64,000 nt of DNA from a candidate division FCPU426 bacterium (GCA_963830915.1 CAWHOE010000027.1:62589-126588), one strand, 5' to 3'. Positions 1 to 8,717 are shown, numbered from the stretch's first letter. The notes: generated by a model from the sequence alone, not told the origin. Numbers and translations: made by a program.

Positions 1-162
1 GACGGAACGACGAGAAAGGAAATGGTCGTTAAACACGTACCTCCTAGTGTGCCTGCCATTATATTCTGGTTATCGACCCGGCGGCCTGAGGAATGGAAAC
101 GAGGTGGCAGGAACAGTGAAGCACAGGGAGATGTGAAGATAGTCTTTGATAGACCGAGCTGA
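1..162 (+). CDS. C-terminal fragment of a phage small-terminase-like protein (5' end outside window)
   Basis: Frame 1 is open from base 1 to TGA 160-162: ...MVVKHVPPSVPAIIFWLSTRRPEEWKRGGRNSEAQGDVKIVFDRPS. IFWL-x-RRPEEW resembles the small-terminase C-terminal signature as I recall it. A further open stretch in frame 2 (161-301) may be a frameshifted continuation. Below the ORF-track size cut-off. Confidence 0.3.
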   Translation, partial: DGTTRKEMVVKHVPPSVPAIIFWLSTRRPEEWKRGGRNSEAQGDVKIVFDRPS

Positions 163-333
163 TCCCGGATCCGGATGCGTTCAGAAATTAGGTAGCGAGC
201 TCGACCTGGCAGATTGTGAGAAATTCATCAACGACATAAAAAGGGGAACCGACAGCGGATCTGTCAGGATAGTCACCCGGAGATACAACAGAATGACCTA
301 ATATTTATTTATCATTTAATACTATAGAGAATA

Positions 334-897
334 ATGAAAAAATCTGATATATTTTTCGTTTGCATCCTGTTGCTCCTTGCCGTCGTATTTGTTGCCGGGT
401 GCACATCAACGAGCGCGGCTGCCCCCGTTATAACCACACCGGGATCAGCCGGGACTGCAATCCCGCAGACGGCATCTGCCACTTCCGCAGAAATAACACC
501 TGTTCCGACAACAGTCCAGACAGCACCGGCCACTCCTGTATCTGATGAGGGTATTGATGTCACCATAAACTCGGCAAAAACTGCAGGCACATGGGTAGGA
601 TACCTCCCACCGCAAGGCGATACCTGGCTTGTGCTGGATGTCACTTTGAAAAATAATGGTAATACGGATTTCGCATATGCCAAAGATTCGTTTTCCCTTG
701 TACGATATGGCGGGGGTTCATGGCATTCGGCTTCGTATTTGTCAACGGAGTTTAATGATGTGAGTATCCCTGCAAACGCGGCCGTATCCGGTAAAATCGT
801 CTTTATGGTTCTCCAGGGTGCAGATATGTTCAGGTTTACCGTGAAAGATTCTTCGGGGACAGTAATTTCTGAAACTGACAACATTCGCCCGACATAA
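334..897 (+). CDS. secreted lipoprotein, DUF4352-like beta-sandwich domain
   Basis: 187-aa ORF. Signal peptide with lipobox (VFVAGC), a Thr/Pro/Ala-rich linker, then a ~110-aa beta-rich domain (WLVLDVTLKNNGNTDF...SGKIVFMV) reminiscent of DUF4352. The antisense 312-929 ORF is its shadow. Confidence 0.6.
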   Translation: MKKSDIFFVCILLLLAVVFVAGCTSTSAAAPVITTPGSAGTAIPQTASATSAEITPVPTTVQTAPATPVSDEGIDVTINSAKTAGTWVGYLPPQGDTWLVLDVTLKNNGNTDFAYAKDSFSLVRYGGGSWHSASYLSTEFNDVSIPANAAVSGKIVFMVLQGADMFRFTVKDSSGTVISETDNIRPT

Positions 898-1303
898 CCA
901 GGAGGTTTCTTTTTTTTCTCCGGAAGCATTTCGGGCTCGGCGTCCAGGTGATATATTCTCTATCAGCAGTCAAAAACCGTTCAGAACCATGAAACAGAAT
1001 TTACCTGAGAAACCTCAATAATCGATTCAAAAAAGGAGGGGAAAATAGGATAAAATACCCATTGTTTCACTATTTACTACACTCCTTATATGATTGTATG
1101 TTGTTCTGGGATGGACTTCCATTACCATATAATTAAAAAAAATCTATACTTTTCGTAATAAATATATATTATCTTATCCTCCTTAACAATGTAAAGGATA
1201 ACATCTGTGGGGGATGCTAAACTTTACAAAATATTTATCAGAGAGATAAAATTGCAATAATTGCTTAAATCTCTTAATAAAACAGCAAATTCAGGAGAAA
1301 CGC

Positions 1304-2226
1304 ATGGCTAAAATAAGCAATGAATTAGCAGTCTCGCCGATTATTGCAACGCTCGTACTGATCGTCGTTGCAGTTATCGGTGCGGTCGCAGTCGGCACCA
1401 TTATGGGTACCTTCTCGACCCAGGTATCGAAACAGGCGTCAGCCTCACAGGCAGCGTCTGCATCACAGGACGAGATTATTGTTGCTGGAACATGGTTACC
1501 TGTTCCTGCGGAGACAGAATATTGCAGCGGACTTTGAGAGGTTAAATCCCGGAACGATGGTAAACGTCCAGAGTGGCGGTCGAGGGGGGGTTCAATCAGT
1601 GGTAATGGGTCTTTCTGATGTTGGTGCGGTATCATCTCCAACGACAATTACAAACATGCCAGACCACCAACCCGACCGATCCGATTTACCAAAATCTCTA
1701 TTATACCCAGGTTGGTGGACGGGGCGATGTGTTCATCCAGGACCAGAGCGGTGTAGCAGTACCCAATAATATGGTTGCACGCTCTGACATCCAAACCTTA
1801 TACTCGAATGTTGCCCCCGATGGAACAGAAAAGGGGATTGCAAACAATTTCTCGGTTACGACTAATATAACTGTTGAACAGTACCCGCCCCAACGCTGGA
1901 ATAATCAGGTAGTGTTTATCTGGGCTAACCTGCCTTATGCCAGGTCAAAATAAAGACGCACCTAATGCAGTAGCCAACAATCACGGCCCGCTATGCTCGC
2001 GTCAGTTCAGGCAGGTTCAGCAGCACACCCGGCTTTCGGCTATATTGATGCAGGATACGCATTTACCGGTGGCGTTACGAGCAACACTACGGTAAATGGT
2101 ATAAAAATCGTCGGGATCGCTACAAATACTGGAACATATGTGCCGACTCAAACAAACATCAGAAACGCACTCCATGACTGGGAATATGGATATGCACAGG
2201 ATACAACGTCTGTACGGTCTGGATAG
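1304..2226 (+). pseudogene. archaeal type IV pilin-like signal peptide fused to a PstS-like periplasmic-binding domain, frameshifted
   Basis: Starts MAKISNELAVSPIIATLVLIVVAVIGAVAVG (class III/archaeal pilin signal). PBP/PstS-like motifs continue in other frames: FERLNPGTMVNVQSGGRGG...LSDVGAVSS (1368-1769 ORF), VARSDIQTLYSNV (1618-1953), HPAFGYIDAGYAF...VNGIKIVGI...PTQTNIRNAL (1993-2226). At least 3 frame changes. Confidence 0.55.
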
Positions 2227-2827
2227 TGCCGTTCTTGACCGCCGCCAAGAGCCACTTCTGCGTCTGGGCCTCGATATGTTTCTGGAATCTCTGTTCGAAC
2301 CGGACCGCCCGAAAGATGCGGGTGGGGTCGTCGATGAAGCTCTGGTCGTGGAGGGCCCGGATACGGCCCCGGCGCAGGTCTTCCCGCCCCTGGAACGGGT
2401 CCAGGAGTTTGAAAAAGCACCCGGGCGTCAGGCTCAAGGCCATGGAGTTGATGGAAAAATCCCGGCGGTAAAGGTCCTGGACAATGTCGCTCTTTTCGAC
2501 GTCAGGCAGGGCCCCCGGCCTCTCATAGCGCTCCGTACGGGCGGTGGCGATGTCCACTTTTCCGAAGCCCGGGACCACCACGATGGAGGTGCCGAAACGG
2601 CTGAAAGCTTCCACCTCCGAGCCGGTCCGCTGGGCGAACTTTTCCGCGAAGGTGACCCCGTCCCCCACTACGGTGATATCGATATCCACGCCCGTCTTGC
2701 CCAGGAACAGGTCCCGGACGAAACCGCCCACGGCGTAGGCCGATTCGCCCCTTTCGTCGGCCAAACGGCCGACCTTTTTCAGGAGCGCCAGTGTCTTGGG
2801 GGGTATGTTCTTTTCAAACCGTTCCAT
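2227..2827 (-). CDS. CCA-adding enzyme / poly(A) polymerase family nucleotidyltransferase, N-terminal ~200 codons only (3'-truncated)
   Basis: Motifs GGFVRDLFLG...DIDITV, RRDFSINSMAL, DDPTRIFRAVRF. Family members are ~400+ aa. Homology ends near 2230, and the tracked ORF (2159-2827) only finds a stop by reading into unrelated AT-richer DNA. Confidence 0.7.
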
Positions 2828-2866
2828 GAATCTTCCTTAGCAAAAATATCAACAAAACCTATTTAA

Positions 2867-2972
2867 CCACCAAGGGCACTAAGGGCACCAAGAAAAGCAA
2901 TTAATATTTTTTAAAAACCAATAATAATCTTTAATCTTTCATCGTTCTTGGTGATCTTGGTGTACTTGGTGG
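2867..2972. repeat. long-arm hairpin element, CCAC...GTGG family (arm type CACCAAGGG x3)
   Basis: Left arm ccaccaagggcactaagggcaccaaga (2867-2893), AT-rich 52-nt centre, right arm tcttggtgatcttggtgtacttggtgg (2946-2972). Lies between yraN and the cca fragment. Confidence 0.8.
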
Positions 2973-2993
2973 TAAAAAATCAGTTAATCTTTT

Positions 2994-3377
2994 TTAAACA
3001 TTAAAACTGCCCTCGGCGGAAAAGGCGTCCTTCAGATGCCTGACCTTGGGGAGCCCCAGCCAATTCCTGTCGGGGCCGATCGCCACCACATCGAAGCGGC
3101 ATAGGACGTTGGACCGGGTCTGCCGGGACAAATAGACCGCCGCCGCCGCGGACAGGCGCTTGACCTTCCGGGGGGAAACCGCCTCTTGAGGCGTTCCCTT
3201 TCCACCGCTTCGTCTGGTTTTCACCTCGACGAAAACCAGTGTATCACCCTTAAGAAGGATCAGGTCGATCTCCCCCTGAGGGACACGATAATTGCGTTCC
3301 AGGACCTTGTAACCTTTCAGAAGGAGATATGCCGCCGCCAGGTCCTCGCCTTTTTGGCCCTGTTGGTAAGTGCTCAA
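2994..3377 (-). CDS. yraN: YraN family (UPF0102) endonuclease-like protein
   Basis: GEDLAAAYLLLKGYKVLERNYR...GEIDLILLKGDTLVFVEVKTR is the YraN signature. TTG start at 3377 is preceded by GGAGG and overlaps the rnhB stop (TTGA). The longer tracked ORF (to 3629) overlaps rnhB and is an extension artefact. Confidence 0.8.
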   Translation of the reverse strand: MSTYQQGQKGEDLAAAYLLLKGYKVLERNYRVPQGEIDLILLKGDTLVFVEVKTRRSGGKGTPQEAVSPRKVKRLSAAAAVYLSRQTRSNVLCRFDVVAIGPDRNWLGLPKVRHLKDAFSAEGSFNV

Positions 3378-4399
3378 TCTTTTCCTCCGGAGGATCCATC
3401 CCCTTTGAACCGTTCCGCTATTCCGGCGTAGATCTGCCGTAGTTTTTCCAGGTCCTTGGCGGACATATTTTCCGAAGCCACCCTTTTGATGAGAAGACCG
3501 ATCCTTTTGAGGTCCGAACCAGTTTTCGCCCCTTCCAATTTCGAGGTCCAGTATCCCAAAGGTCCGCCCGACGCTTCCCGAGCCAGTGCCTCGGCCACAG
3601 GGCCGAAGGTCATTCGGTGTTCGGGGCACAATCCCTTTTCCTGGATGGCCTTCATGTGTTCGGCCGTGCCGTAACCCTTGTGGCTCAGGAATCTGTATTC
3701 CGGGTATTTCCGGTCGAGTTCCTCCATCATCCGGTCCCTGGTCACCTTGGCCATGATGGAAGCCGCGGCGATGCTGGCGGAGAGGGCGTCCCCATGGATG
3801 AGGGGTCTTTGGGGGATGTGGGGAAAGGAAGGGAGTTTCATGGCGTCGGTCAGCAAAAAATCCGGTGGTTTAGGCAGGTCGCGGATGGCCCGGTCCATGG
3901 CGAGCCTGGCGGCCTGAAAAATGTTCAATTCGTCGATCTCGGCCGCGCTGGCCTCGCCCAGACCGACGCCTTCGGCCTTTTGACGGATGACCTCGAACAG
4001 GGCGGCCCTTTTCTCGGGAGTGAGTTTCTTGGAGTCATCCACGCCCTTCAGGACCGTGCCGGGATAAAGCACGACCGCGCCGGCAACCACCGGCCCCGCC
4101 AGAGGGCCCCGGCCCGCCTCATCCACGCCCGCGATCAGGACATAGCCTTTCGCGGTCAGTTCTTTTTCATGGGCCCAAAGCCTGTCGAGCCGGAGGATCT
4201 CCGTCTCCTCGGCCTGGGCTTTTTTCAGGTATTTGGAAAGGAGATTTTTCGCCCCGGCCCGGGGGTCGTTCGTCAGTTCTTTTTTAAGGAACTCCAGGGC
4301 CAGGAGGGCGGAGCCTTCCTGGCGGGCCCTTTCTTCAAGGCTTGGGAGATGGGGAAGGAGTGGCATTGGCCGATCCGTCGTTGGAGTTATCCGCGTCAT
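3374..4399 (-). CDS. rnhB: ribonuclease HII with N- and C-terminal extensions
   Basis: Core GVDEAGRGPLAGPVVAGAV...DDSKKL...AASIMAKVTRD matches RNase HII. ~75 extra N-terminal and ~70 extra C-terminal residues. Alternative start at M12 (4366). Confidence 0.85.
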   Translation of the reverse strand: MTRITPTTDRPMPLLPHLPSLEERARQEGSALLALEFLKKELTNDPRAGAKNLLSKYLKKAQAEETEILRLDRLWAHEKELTAKGYVLIAGVDEAGRGPLAGPVVAGAVVLYPGTVLKGVDDSKKLTPEKRAALFEVIRQKAEGVGLGEASAAEIDELNIFQAARLAMDRAIRDLPKPPDFLLTDAMKLPSFPHIPQRPLIHGDALSASIAAASIMAKVTRDRMMEELDRKYPEYRFLSHKGYGTAEHMKAIQEKGLCPEHRMTFGPVAEALAREASGGPLGYWTSKLEGAKTGSDLKRIGLLIKRVASENMSAKDLEKLRQIYAGIAERFKGDGSSGGKD

Positions 4400-5987
4400 C
4401 GCCGGACGGCTGGGGCGTGGTGGACGGCGTGACCGCCGGTTTATCCTTGAGGGACGGCTCGGAGGAGGCCTTGCTGATGAGGGTAAGGGGTTCGGCCTCG
4501 GAGACGACCCGATCCTGCGTCTTCAGCACGGCCTTCAGGATGACCGGATAATCCTTTTTCTCGCCCTTCTTGCTCTCGATCTGGACCGCGATGGTCTTCA
4601 ATTCGGAGGTGACGATGGTCCCCAGTTCCAATTGCATGGCGTTGTCCTTCATGACCCAAGTTCCCGCGATGGGAACGGCAGTCTTGAGTTTTGGCGGAGC
4701 GGGGGTCGGGCTTCCAGCCGTGGGCGTGGTGGCCAGAGTGGGGGTAGGGGTGACGGTCGGGGTGAGTGTCTTGGCCGTCATCCAGGCCGGCACGGGGGTC
4801 GGAGTCTGGGTGACTTCCTTGGGTTGATAGGGTTCCAGTCCCTTCGGGAGTTCCAGCGAGAAGGTGACCGCGGGAGAGGTCTTAGGACTCTGGTTCATCA
4901 AATTATAGTTCACGGTCCAATATGGCTCGGCCTTGGTGGGTTTCTTGACATTCTGGGCCTTGAAGAGGAAGGAGAACTTGGCTGGCTCCCCATTGGGCTC
5001 GAACCTGAGGAAAGTACCGCTCTGGCCCACGATGAAACCCAGGTCCTTACAAAAGGCCACGCTGTTCAGGGCTGGTTTGGTCGGGGGTTTCTGGTGGGAG
5101 ATCCATCGGGTCCCATCGTAATAAATGATGGTCCCGTCCTGGCCGACGGCCCAGCCGTCGCTGTCGTTACGCATGAAGATATGGTAGAGGTCGAATCCCG
5201 AGAAGGCGCTGCCCATTTTGTTCCAAGTGGTCCCGTTGAACTGGATGATGGTGCCGAAAGCCCCGACCGCCCAAGCCTGGACATCATTGATGGCTGAAAC
5301 GGAGTTGAGTTTTTCAGTGGTGACGCTGGTGGTGAAAGGGGTCCACTTGCCGTCATAGCGGAGGATCAACCCTCGGTTCCCTACCGCCCAACCGTTGTTC
5401 TGATCGGCCATACTGATGCTGTTGATGTCATCCTTGACCGTCACACCGGAAGCGGAGACATAGATCTGTCCCCAGGAGATGCCGTTGTAGTTCAGCAGGG
5501 TCCCGTTGGAGCCCACCACCCAGACCGAATTGGACCGGCTCACCGTGGCTTCATAAAGGGTTTCCTCGGTAGGAGAGGCGTCCTGGCTCCAGTTGCCGTT
5601 GTTGTAGTGGAGGATGATCCCGTGGGTTCCCACGATCCACCCCTCGGTCTCACTGGCGAAAGCCGCCGCCATCAGGTTCTCGTTCTTGGCGTAACCCGTC
5701 TCGACCTGGGACCAGGTCTCCCCATCCCACTTCAATACGGTGCCGTTGTTGCCGCAGGCCCACCCCAGTTTTTTCGAGACCAGGCATACCCCATTCAAGG
5801 GATCGGTCAGGGTGAAAGTGACGGGAAAGGCAGTCCAGTAAACGACATCGGAATCGGAGAAAGAGGATGCGTCCGGCGTGGAGGATTTGGCGGGGGAAAG
5901 GGGCGTGACAGCCCCGCTGCCCGTACAACCCACGATGGTCCCCAAGACCAGGAGGGTCAGGAAGAGTCCGATAATTAAGGTTTTCAT
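4335..5987 (-). CDS. lipoprotein with Ycf48/BNR-like beta-propeller repeats and a C-terminal Pro/Thr-rich tail
   Basis: MKTLIIGLFLTLLVLGTIVGC lipobox. Repeated GW(A/I)VG..G(T/L)I(L/I).Y blades. PT-rich low-complexity C-terminus. Start taken at the ATG (5987) that begins the signal peptide. Confidence 0.7.
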   Translation of the reverse strand: MKTLIIGLFLTLLVLGTIVGCTGSGAVTPLSPAKSSTPDASSFSDSDVVYWTAFPVTFTLTDPLNGVCLVSKKLGWACGNNGTVLKWDGETWSQVETGYAKNENLMAAAFASETEGWIVGTHGIILHYNNGNWSQDASPTEETLYEATVSRSNSVWVVGSNGTLLNYNGISWGQIYVSASGVTVKDDINSISMADQNNGWAVGNRGLILRYDGKWTPFTTSVTTEKLNSVSAINDVQAWAVGAFGTIIQFNGTTWNKMGSAFSGFDLYHIFMRNDSDGWAVGQDGTIIYYDGTRWISHQKPPTKPALNSVAFCKDLGFIVGQSGTFLRFEPNGEPAKFSFLFKAQNVKKPTKAEPYWTVNYNLMNQSPKTSPAVTFSLELPKGLEPYQPKEVTQTPTPVPAWMTAKTLTPTVTPTPTLATTPTAGSPTPAPPKLKTAVPIAGTWVMKDNAMQLELGTIVTSELKTIAVQIESKKGEKKDYPVILKAVLKTQDRVVSEAEPLTLISKASSEPSLKDKPAVTPSTTPQPSGDDADNSNDGSANATPSPSPKP

Positions 5988-6039
5988 GACGGCTATCCTA
6001 CCTTTGACGGGAGGGCTGTTCAAGGGAATGCCGTTCCAT

Positions 6040-6069
6040 AAAAAAACCGTCCCGCTGACGCGGGACGGT
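6040..6069 (-). terminator. intrinsic terminator after rplS
   Basis: 10-bp perfect stem accgtcccgc/gcgggacggt with loop tgac (6046-6069), followed on the minus strand by a T-run (A-run 6040-6045 on plus). Confidence 0.55.
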
Positions 6070-6105
6070 TTCGGAAAGACTTCTTTTGTTACAGCCTGGT
6101 GAAAA

Positions 6106-6582
6106 TCAGGCTTTTTCTTTCTTCTCGGCCTTCGGTTCCACAGCGGCTTCGACCGGCTTCTCGACCGGAACGGCTTCCGCCACGGCGACCGGCGCTTGCT
6201 CTTGGGCTTCCTCGCCCGGGACCCGGATGGCCCTCTTGTTTTCCTGGATACGGGTGTCTTTTTTGTTCAGCTTGCCCCGCAGGTAGAACAACTTGGCCCG
6301 GCGGACCTTGCCTGAACGGACCGTCTTAACATCCTTGATCATGGGGGATTGGTAGAAGAAGGTCTTCTCCACACCCACACCGTAGGACAGTTTGCGCACG
6401 GTGAAACGAAGCTTCGCTCCGCCGCCCTGGATGCCGACGACCAGGCCTTCATAGACCTGGATCCTTTCCTTCTCCCCTTCCTTGATGCGAAGGGAAACCT
6501 TGACCGTATCCCCGACCCTGAAGGGAACCGCTCCCTTTCGGATGATCTGGCTTTTTTCGATCTTGCGTATGATCTCGTTCAT
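6106..6582 (-). CDS. rplS: 50S ribosomal protein L19 with an Ala/Glu/Pro/Val/Lys-rich C-terminal tail
   Basis: MNEIIRKIEKSQI...FRVGDTVKV...RIQVYEGLVVGIQGGG...FTVRK is canonical L19. ATG 6582 overlaps the trmD stop (ATGA). ~40-aa extra tail. Confidence 0.9.
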   Translation of the reverse strand: MNEIIRKIEKSQIIRKGAVPFRVGDTVKVSLRIKEGEKERIQVYEGLVVGIQGGGAKLRFTVRKLSYGVGVEKTFFYQSPMIKDVKTVRSGKVRRAKLFYLRGKLNKKDTRIQENKRAIRVPGEEAQEQAPVAVAEAVPVEKPVEAAVEPKAEKKEKA

Positions 6583-7379
6583 TTTTTCTTTCCTCCGGCT
6601 CTCGTCCCCCGCGCTTTGGGCGGTTGGCTTTTTGTTTGGTTTTCCATCTCCCCCCGGACCTCGTCCAGGAGTTCTTGCTGTTCTTCCGTCAAAACCACCC
6701 TTTCCAACAGATCGGGCCGCTTGAGGAGGGTGTTCCTCAGGGACTCTTTTTGTCTCCATCGTTCGATCCGGGCATGGTTGCCAGAAAGGAGGACCTCCGG
6801 CACCTGCATCCCCTTGAAGACGCGGGGACGAGTATAGTGCGGATAATCCAATAATCCATTAAAAAAGCTGTCACGCTCGACCGACCGTTTATCCCCAACC
6901 ACTCCCGGCAAAAACCTCGCCAAACTATCGATGATCACGGCGGCCGCCGGTTCCCCGCCCGTCAAGACGTAATCTCCCAGACTTACTTCCCCGTCGATGC
7001 ATCCCATGACCCTCTCATCCAGGCCCTCATAATGGCCGCAGACGAAAAGAAGGGACTTTTCTTCCGCCAGCGATAACGCCATCGAATGGTCGAAGGTCTT
7101 TCCCTGGGGCGACATCAGCAGGGTCCGGACCTTCTTACGGCCCTTCTTGATGGCCGCGATCGCCTTCAACAGGGGCTCGGGCTTCATCACCATCCCGGCT
7201 CCCCCGCCGAACGGAACGTCATCGGCGGTATTGCGTTTGTCCGTCGTAAAGGCCCTGAGATCATGGACCCGAAGGTCCAGGGCTTTCTTGTCGACCGCCC
7301 GCTTGACCATGCTCACGGTCAAGGGCCCCCGGAAATAATCCGGGAATAGGGTCAGGATATCAATCCGTGTTGTCCGCAT
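6579..7379 (-). CDS. trmD: tRNA (guanine37-N1)-methyltransferase
   Basis: RIDILTLFPDYF...DDVPFGGGAGMVMKPEP...CGHYEGLDERV...SLGDYVLTGGE are TrmD motifs. Synteny rimM-trmD-rplS. Confidence 0.9.
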   Translation of the reverse strand: MRTTRIDILTLFPDYFRGPLTVSMVKRAVDKKALDLRVHDLRAFTTDKRNTADDVPFGGGAGMVMKPEPLLKAIAAIKKGRKKVRTLLMSPQGKTFDHSMALSLAEEKSLLFVCGHYEGLDERVMGCIDGEVSLGDYVLTGGEPAAAVIIDSLARFLPGVVGDKRSVERDSFFNGLLDYPHYTRPRVFKGMQVPEVLLSGNHARIERWRQKESLRNTLLKRPDLLERVVLTEEQQELLDEVRGEMENQTKSQPPKARGTRAGGKKK

Positions 7380-7917
7380 CGATCTCTTCCGGCAGTGACA
7401 CCACCATGGTCTTCGAAGTCAGGTCCACCTTTTGGATGACCGACCTGAGCATCGGGATCAGGGTTTCGGCCCCGCCCTTCCTCACCACACAAACCCCATT
7501 CGCGCCTTCTAGCACATCCTCGACGGTTCCCAGTTCCAGGCCTTCCTCGGTCTGGACCTTGAGTCCCACCAGATCATTGATATAGAAGCTTCCTTCCGGA
7601 AGCTCGGCCCGGTCCCCAGCGGGGATGGCCAAATGGCAGCCCCTTAGGGTTTCCGCCTCGTCGACGCCCTCGATCTCCTTGACCCTTACCACCACATCCC
7701 CGTCTGGATGGTGGAAGGAACGGATGATCGTGGCCTTTTTTAGTTCTTTCCCATCCCTCACCAGCCTCAAGGACGGACAGGTAACCAACCGGTCCAGGCC
7801 TGAACAGGAAAGGGACAACTTCACCTCACCCTTTAAGCCGTGGGGGCGAACGATGGTACCCAGGACAACAAAGTCATCGGATGGCTCGCCAGGCTTTGGT
7901 TGGGGAGTGTTATTCAA
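7360..7917 (-). CDS. rimM: 16S rRNA processing protein RimM
   Basis: VVLGTIVRPHGLKGEVKL...FYINDLVGLKV...G.V.DV is RimM-like. Conserved position between the KH protein and trmD. Confidence 0.85.
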   Translation of the reverse strand: MNNTPQPKPGEPSDDFVVLGTIVRPHGLKGEVKLSLSCSGLDRLVTCPSLRLVRDGKELKKATIIRSFHHPDGDVVVRVKEIEGVDEAETLRGCHLAIPAGDRAELPEGSFYINDLVGLKVQTEEGLELGTVEDVLEGANGVCVVRKGGAETLIPMLRSVIQKVDLTSKTMVVSLPEEIDADNTD

Positions 7918-8158
7918 CGACTTCGAGGGAATATTTCAGCCCATTCTTGGCGCAGGAAGCGGAGACCAGGGTCCGCAGGGCCTTGATGGTGCGGCCCTGT
8001 TTGCCGATGATCTTCCCATAATCCTCTTTGGAAACACGAAGTTCCAGGACCGTCAGATTGCCTTCCAGTCTCTGCTCCAAGGCCACGCTTTCCGGCTTGT
8101 CGACCAGGGACTTCGCGACGAATTCAATTAGTTCTTTCATGACGCCTTCTTTATTCAT
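7910..8158 (-). CDS. KH-domain RNA-binding protein (YlqC/UPF0109 family)
   Basis: LIEFVAKSLVDKPESV...DYGKIIGKQGRTIKALRTLV is the KH GXXG signature. Usual position after rpsP. Confidence 0.8.
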   Translation of the reverse strand: MNKEGVMKELIEFVAKSLVDKPESVALEQRLEGNLTVLELRVSKEDYGKIIGKQGRTIKALRTLVSASCAKNGLKYSLEVVE

Positions 8159-8171
8159 TATTGGGTTAGGA

Positions 8172-8420
8172 TCAGACCTTGACGCTGGCTTTTTTCAGGA
8201 TGCCTTTCACCGTGTCGGAAAGAACGGCCCCTTTTTTCACCCAATCCTGGATGGCTTCGGTTTTCAGGTTCATCACGCTGTTATCGGCGGAACGGGGTAT
8301 ATAGGTACCCAGATCCTGGACCCTTCGGCCTTTGCCGGAGAACCGGCTATCCACGACGATGATTCGATAAAAGGGCTTCTTGCTGCTTCCCATGCGTTTT
8401 AAGCGGATCTTGACGGACAC
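8172..8420 (-). CDS. rpsP: 30S ribosomal protein S16
   Basis: (M)SVKIRLKRMGSKKKPFYRIVV-type N-terminus. GTG start preceded by AGGAGG. Confidence 0.9.
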   Translation of the reverse strand: MSVKIRLKRMGSSKKPFYRIIVVDSRFSGKGRRVQDLGTYIPRSADNSVMNLKTEAIQDWVKKGAVLSDTVKGILKKASVKV

Positions 8421-8538
8421 AATGCCTCCTAAGAATGTTAAAGACTTAAATGAACGACCCCGCCTCGTGCGGCGGTTCCCGCCCAGTGGGGGGGGCTTTC
8501 GTTACTATCCGACTTGGTTTGTAAGGAAAGGAACGAGA

Positions 8539-8567
8539 ATTCTAAAAACCTGGTCAAGGTTTGTCAA
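8539..8567 (-). promoter_or_regulatory. sigma70-type promoter for the rpsP operon
   Basis: Minus strand reads TTGACA-17 nt-TAGAAT (-35 at 8562-8567, -10 at 8539-8544), ~115 nt upstream of the rpsP start. Confidence 0.45.
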
Positions 8568-8717
8568 GGAAATAGGCCCAAAATCAGGCGGTATCGGCTT
8601 TTAATGGGTATAAATGGTGTCGCGGAAGAAAACAAATGAGGGTTTCAGTGAACACATTCCGACAAATTACGGGTGAACCCCTTCTTGTACTAAGACCCTG
8701 AATACCGACGAAAAAAA

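Noticed and set aside
2159-2226. C-terminal 22 residues of the tracked cca-family ORF (TIQTVQTLYPVHIHIPSHGVRF)
   Set aside because: This is read-through into the opposite strand of the archaeal-looking pilin/PBP gene. It is not part of the nucleotidyltransferase.
6583-6759. 5' extensions of tracked ORFs (rplS to 6759, yraN to 3629, yebC to 13200, sufB to 38791, rrf2 to 39207, ruvC to 12365)
   Set aside because: Each extension overlaps the upstream gene and precedes the conserved N-terminus. Internal starts with an RBS or ATGA/TTGA coupling fit better.
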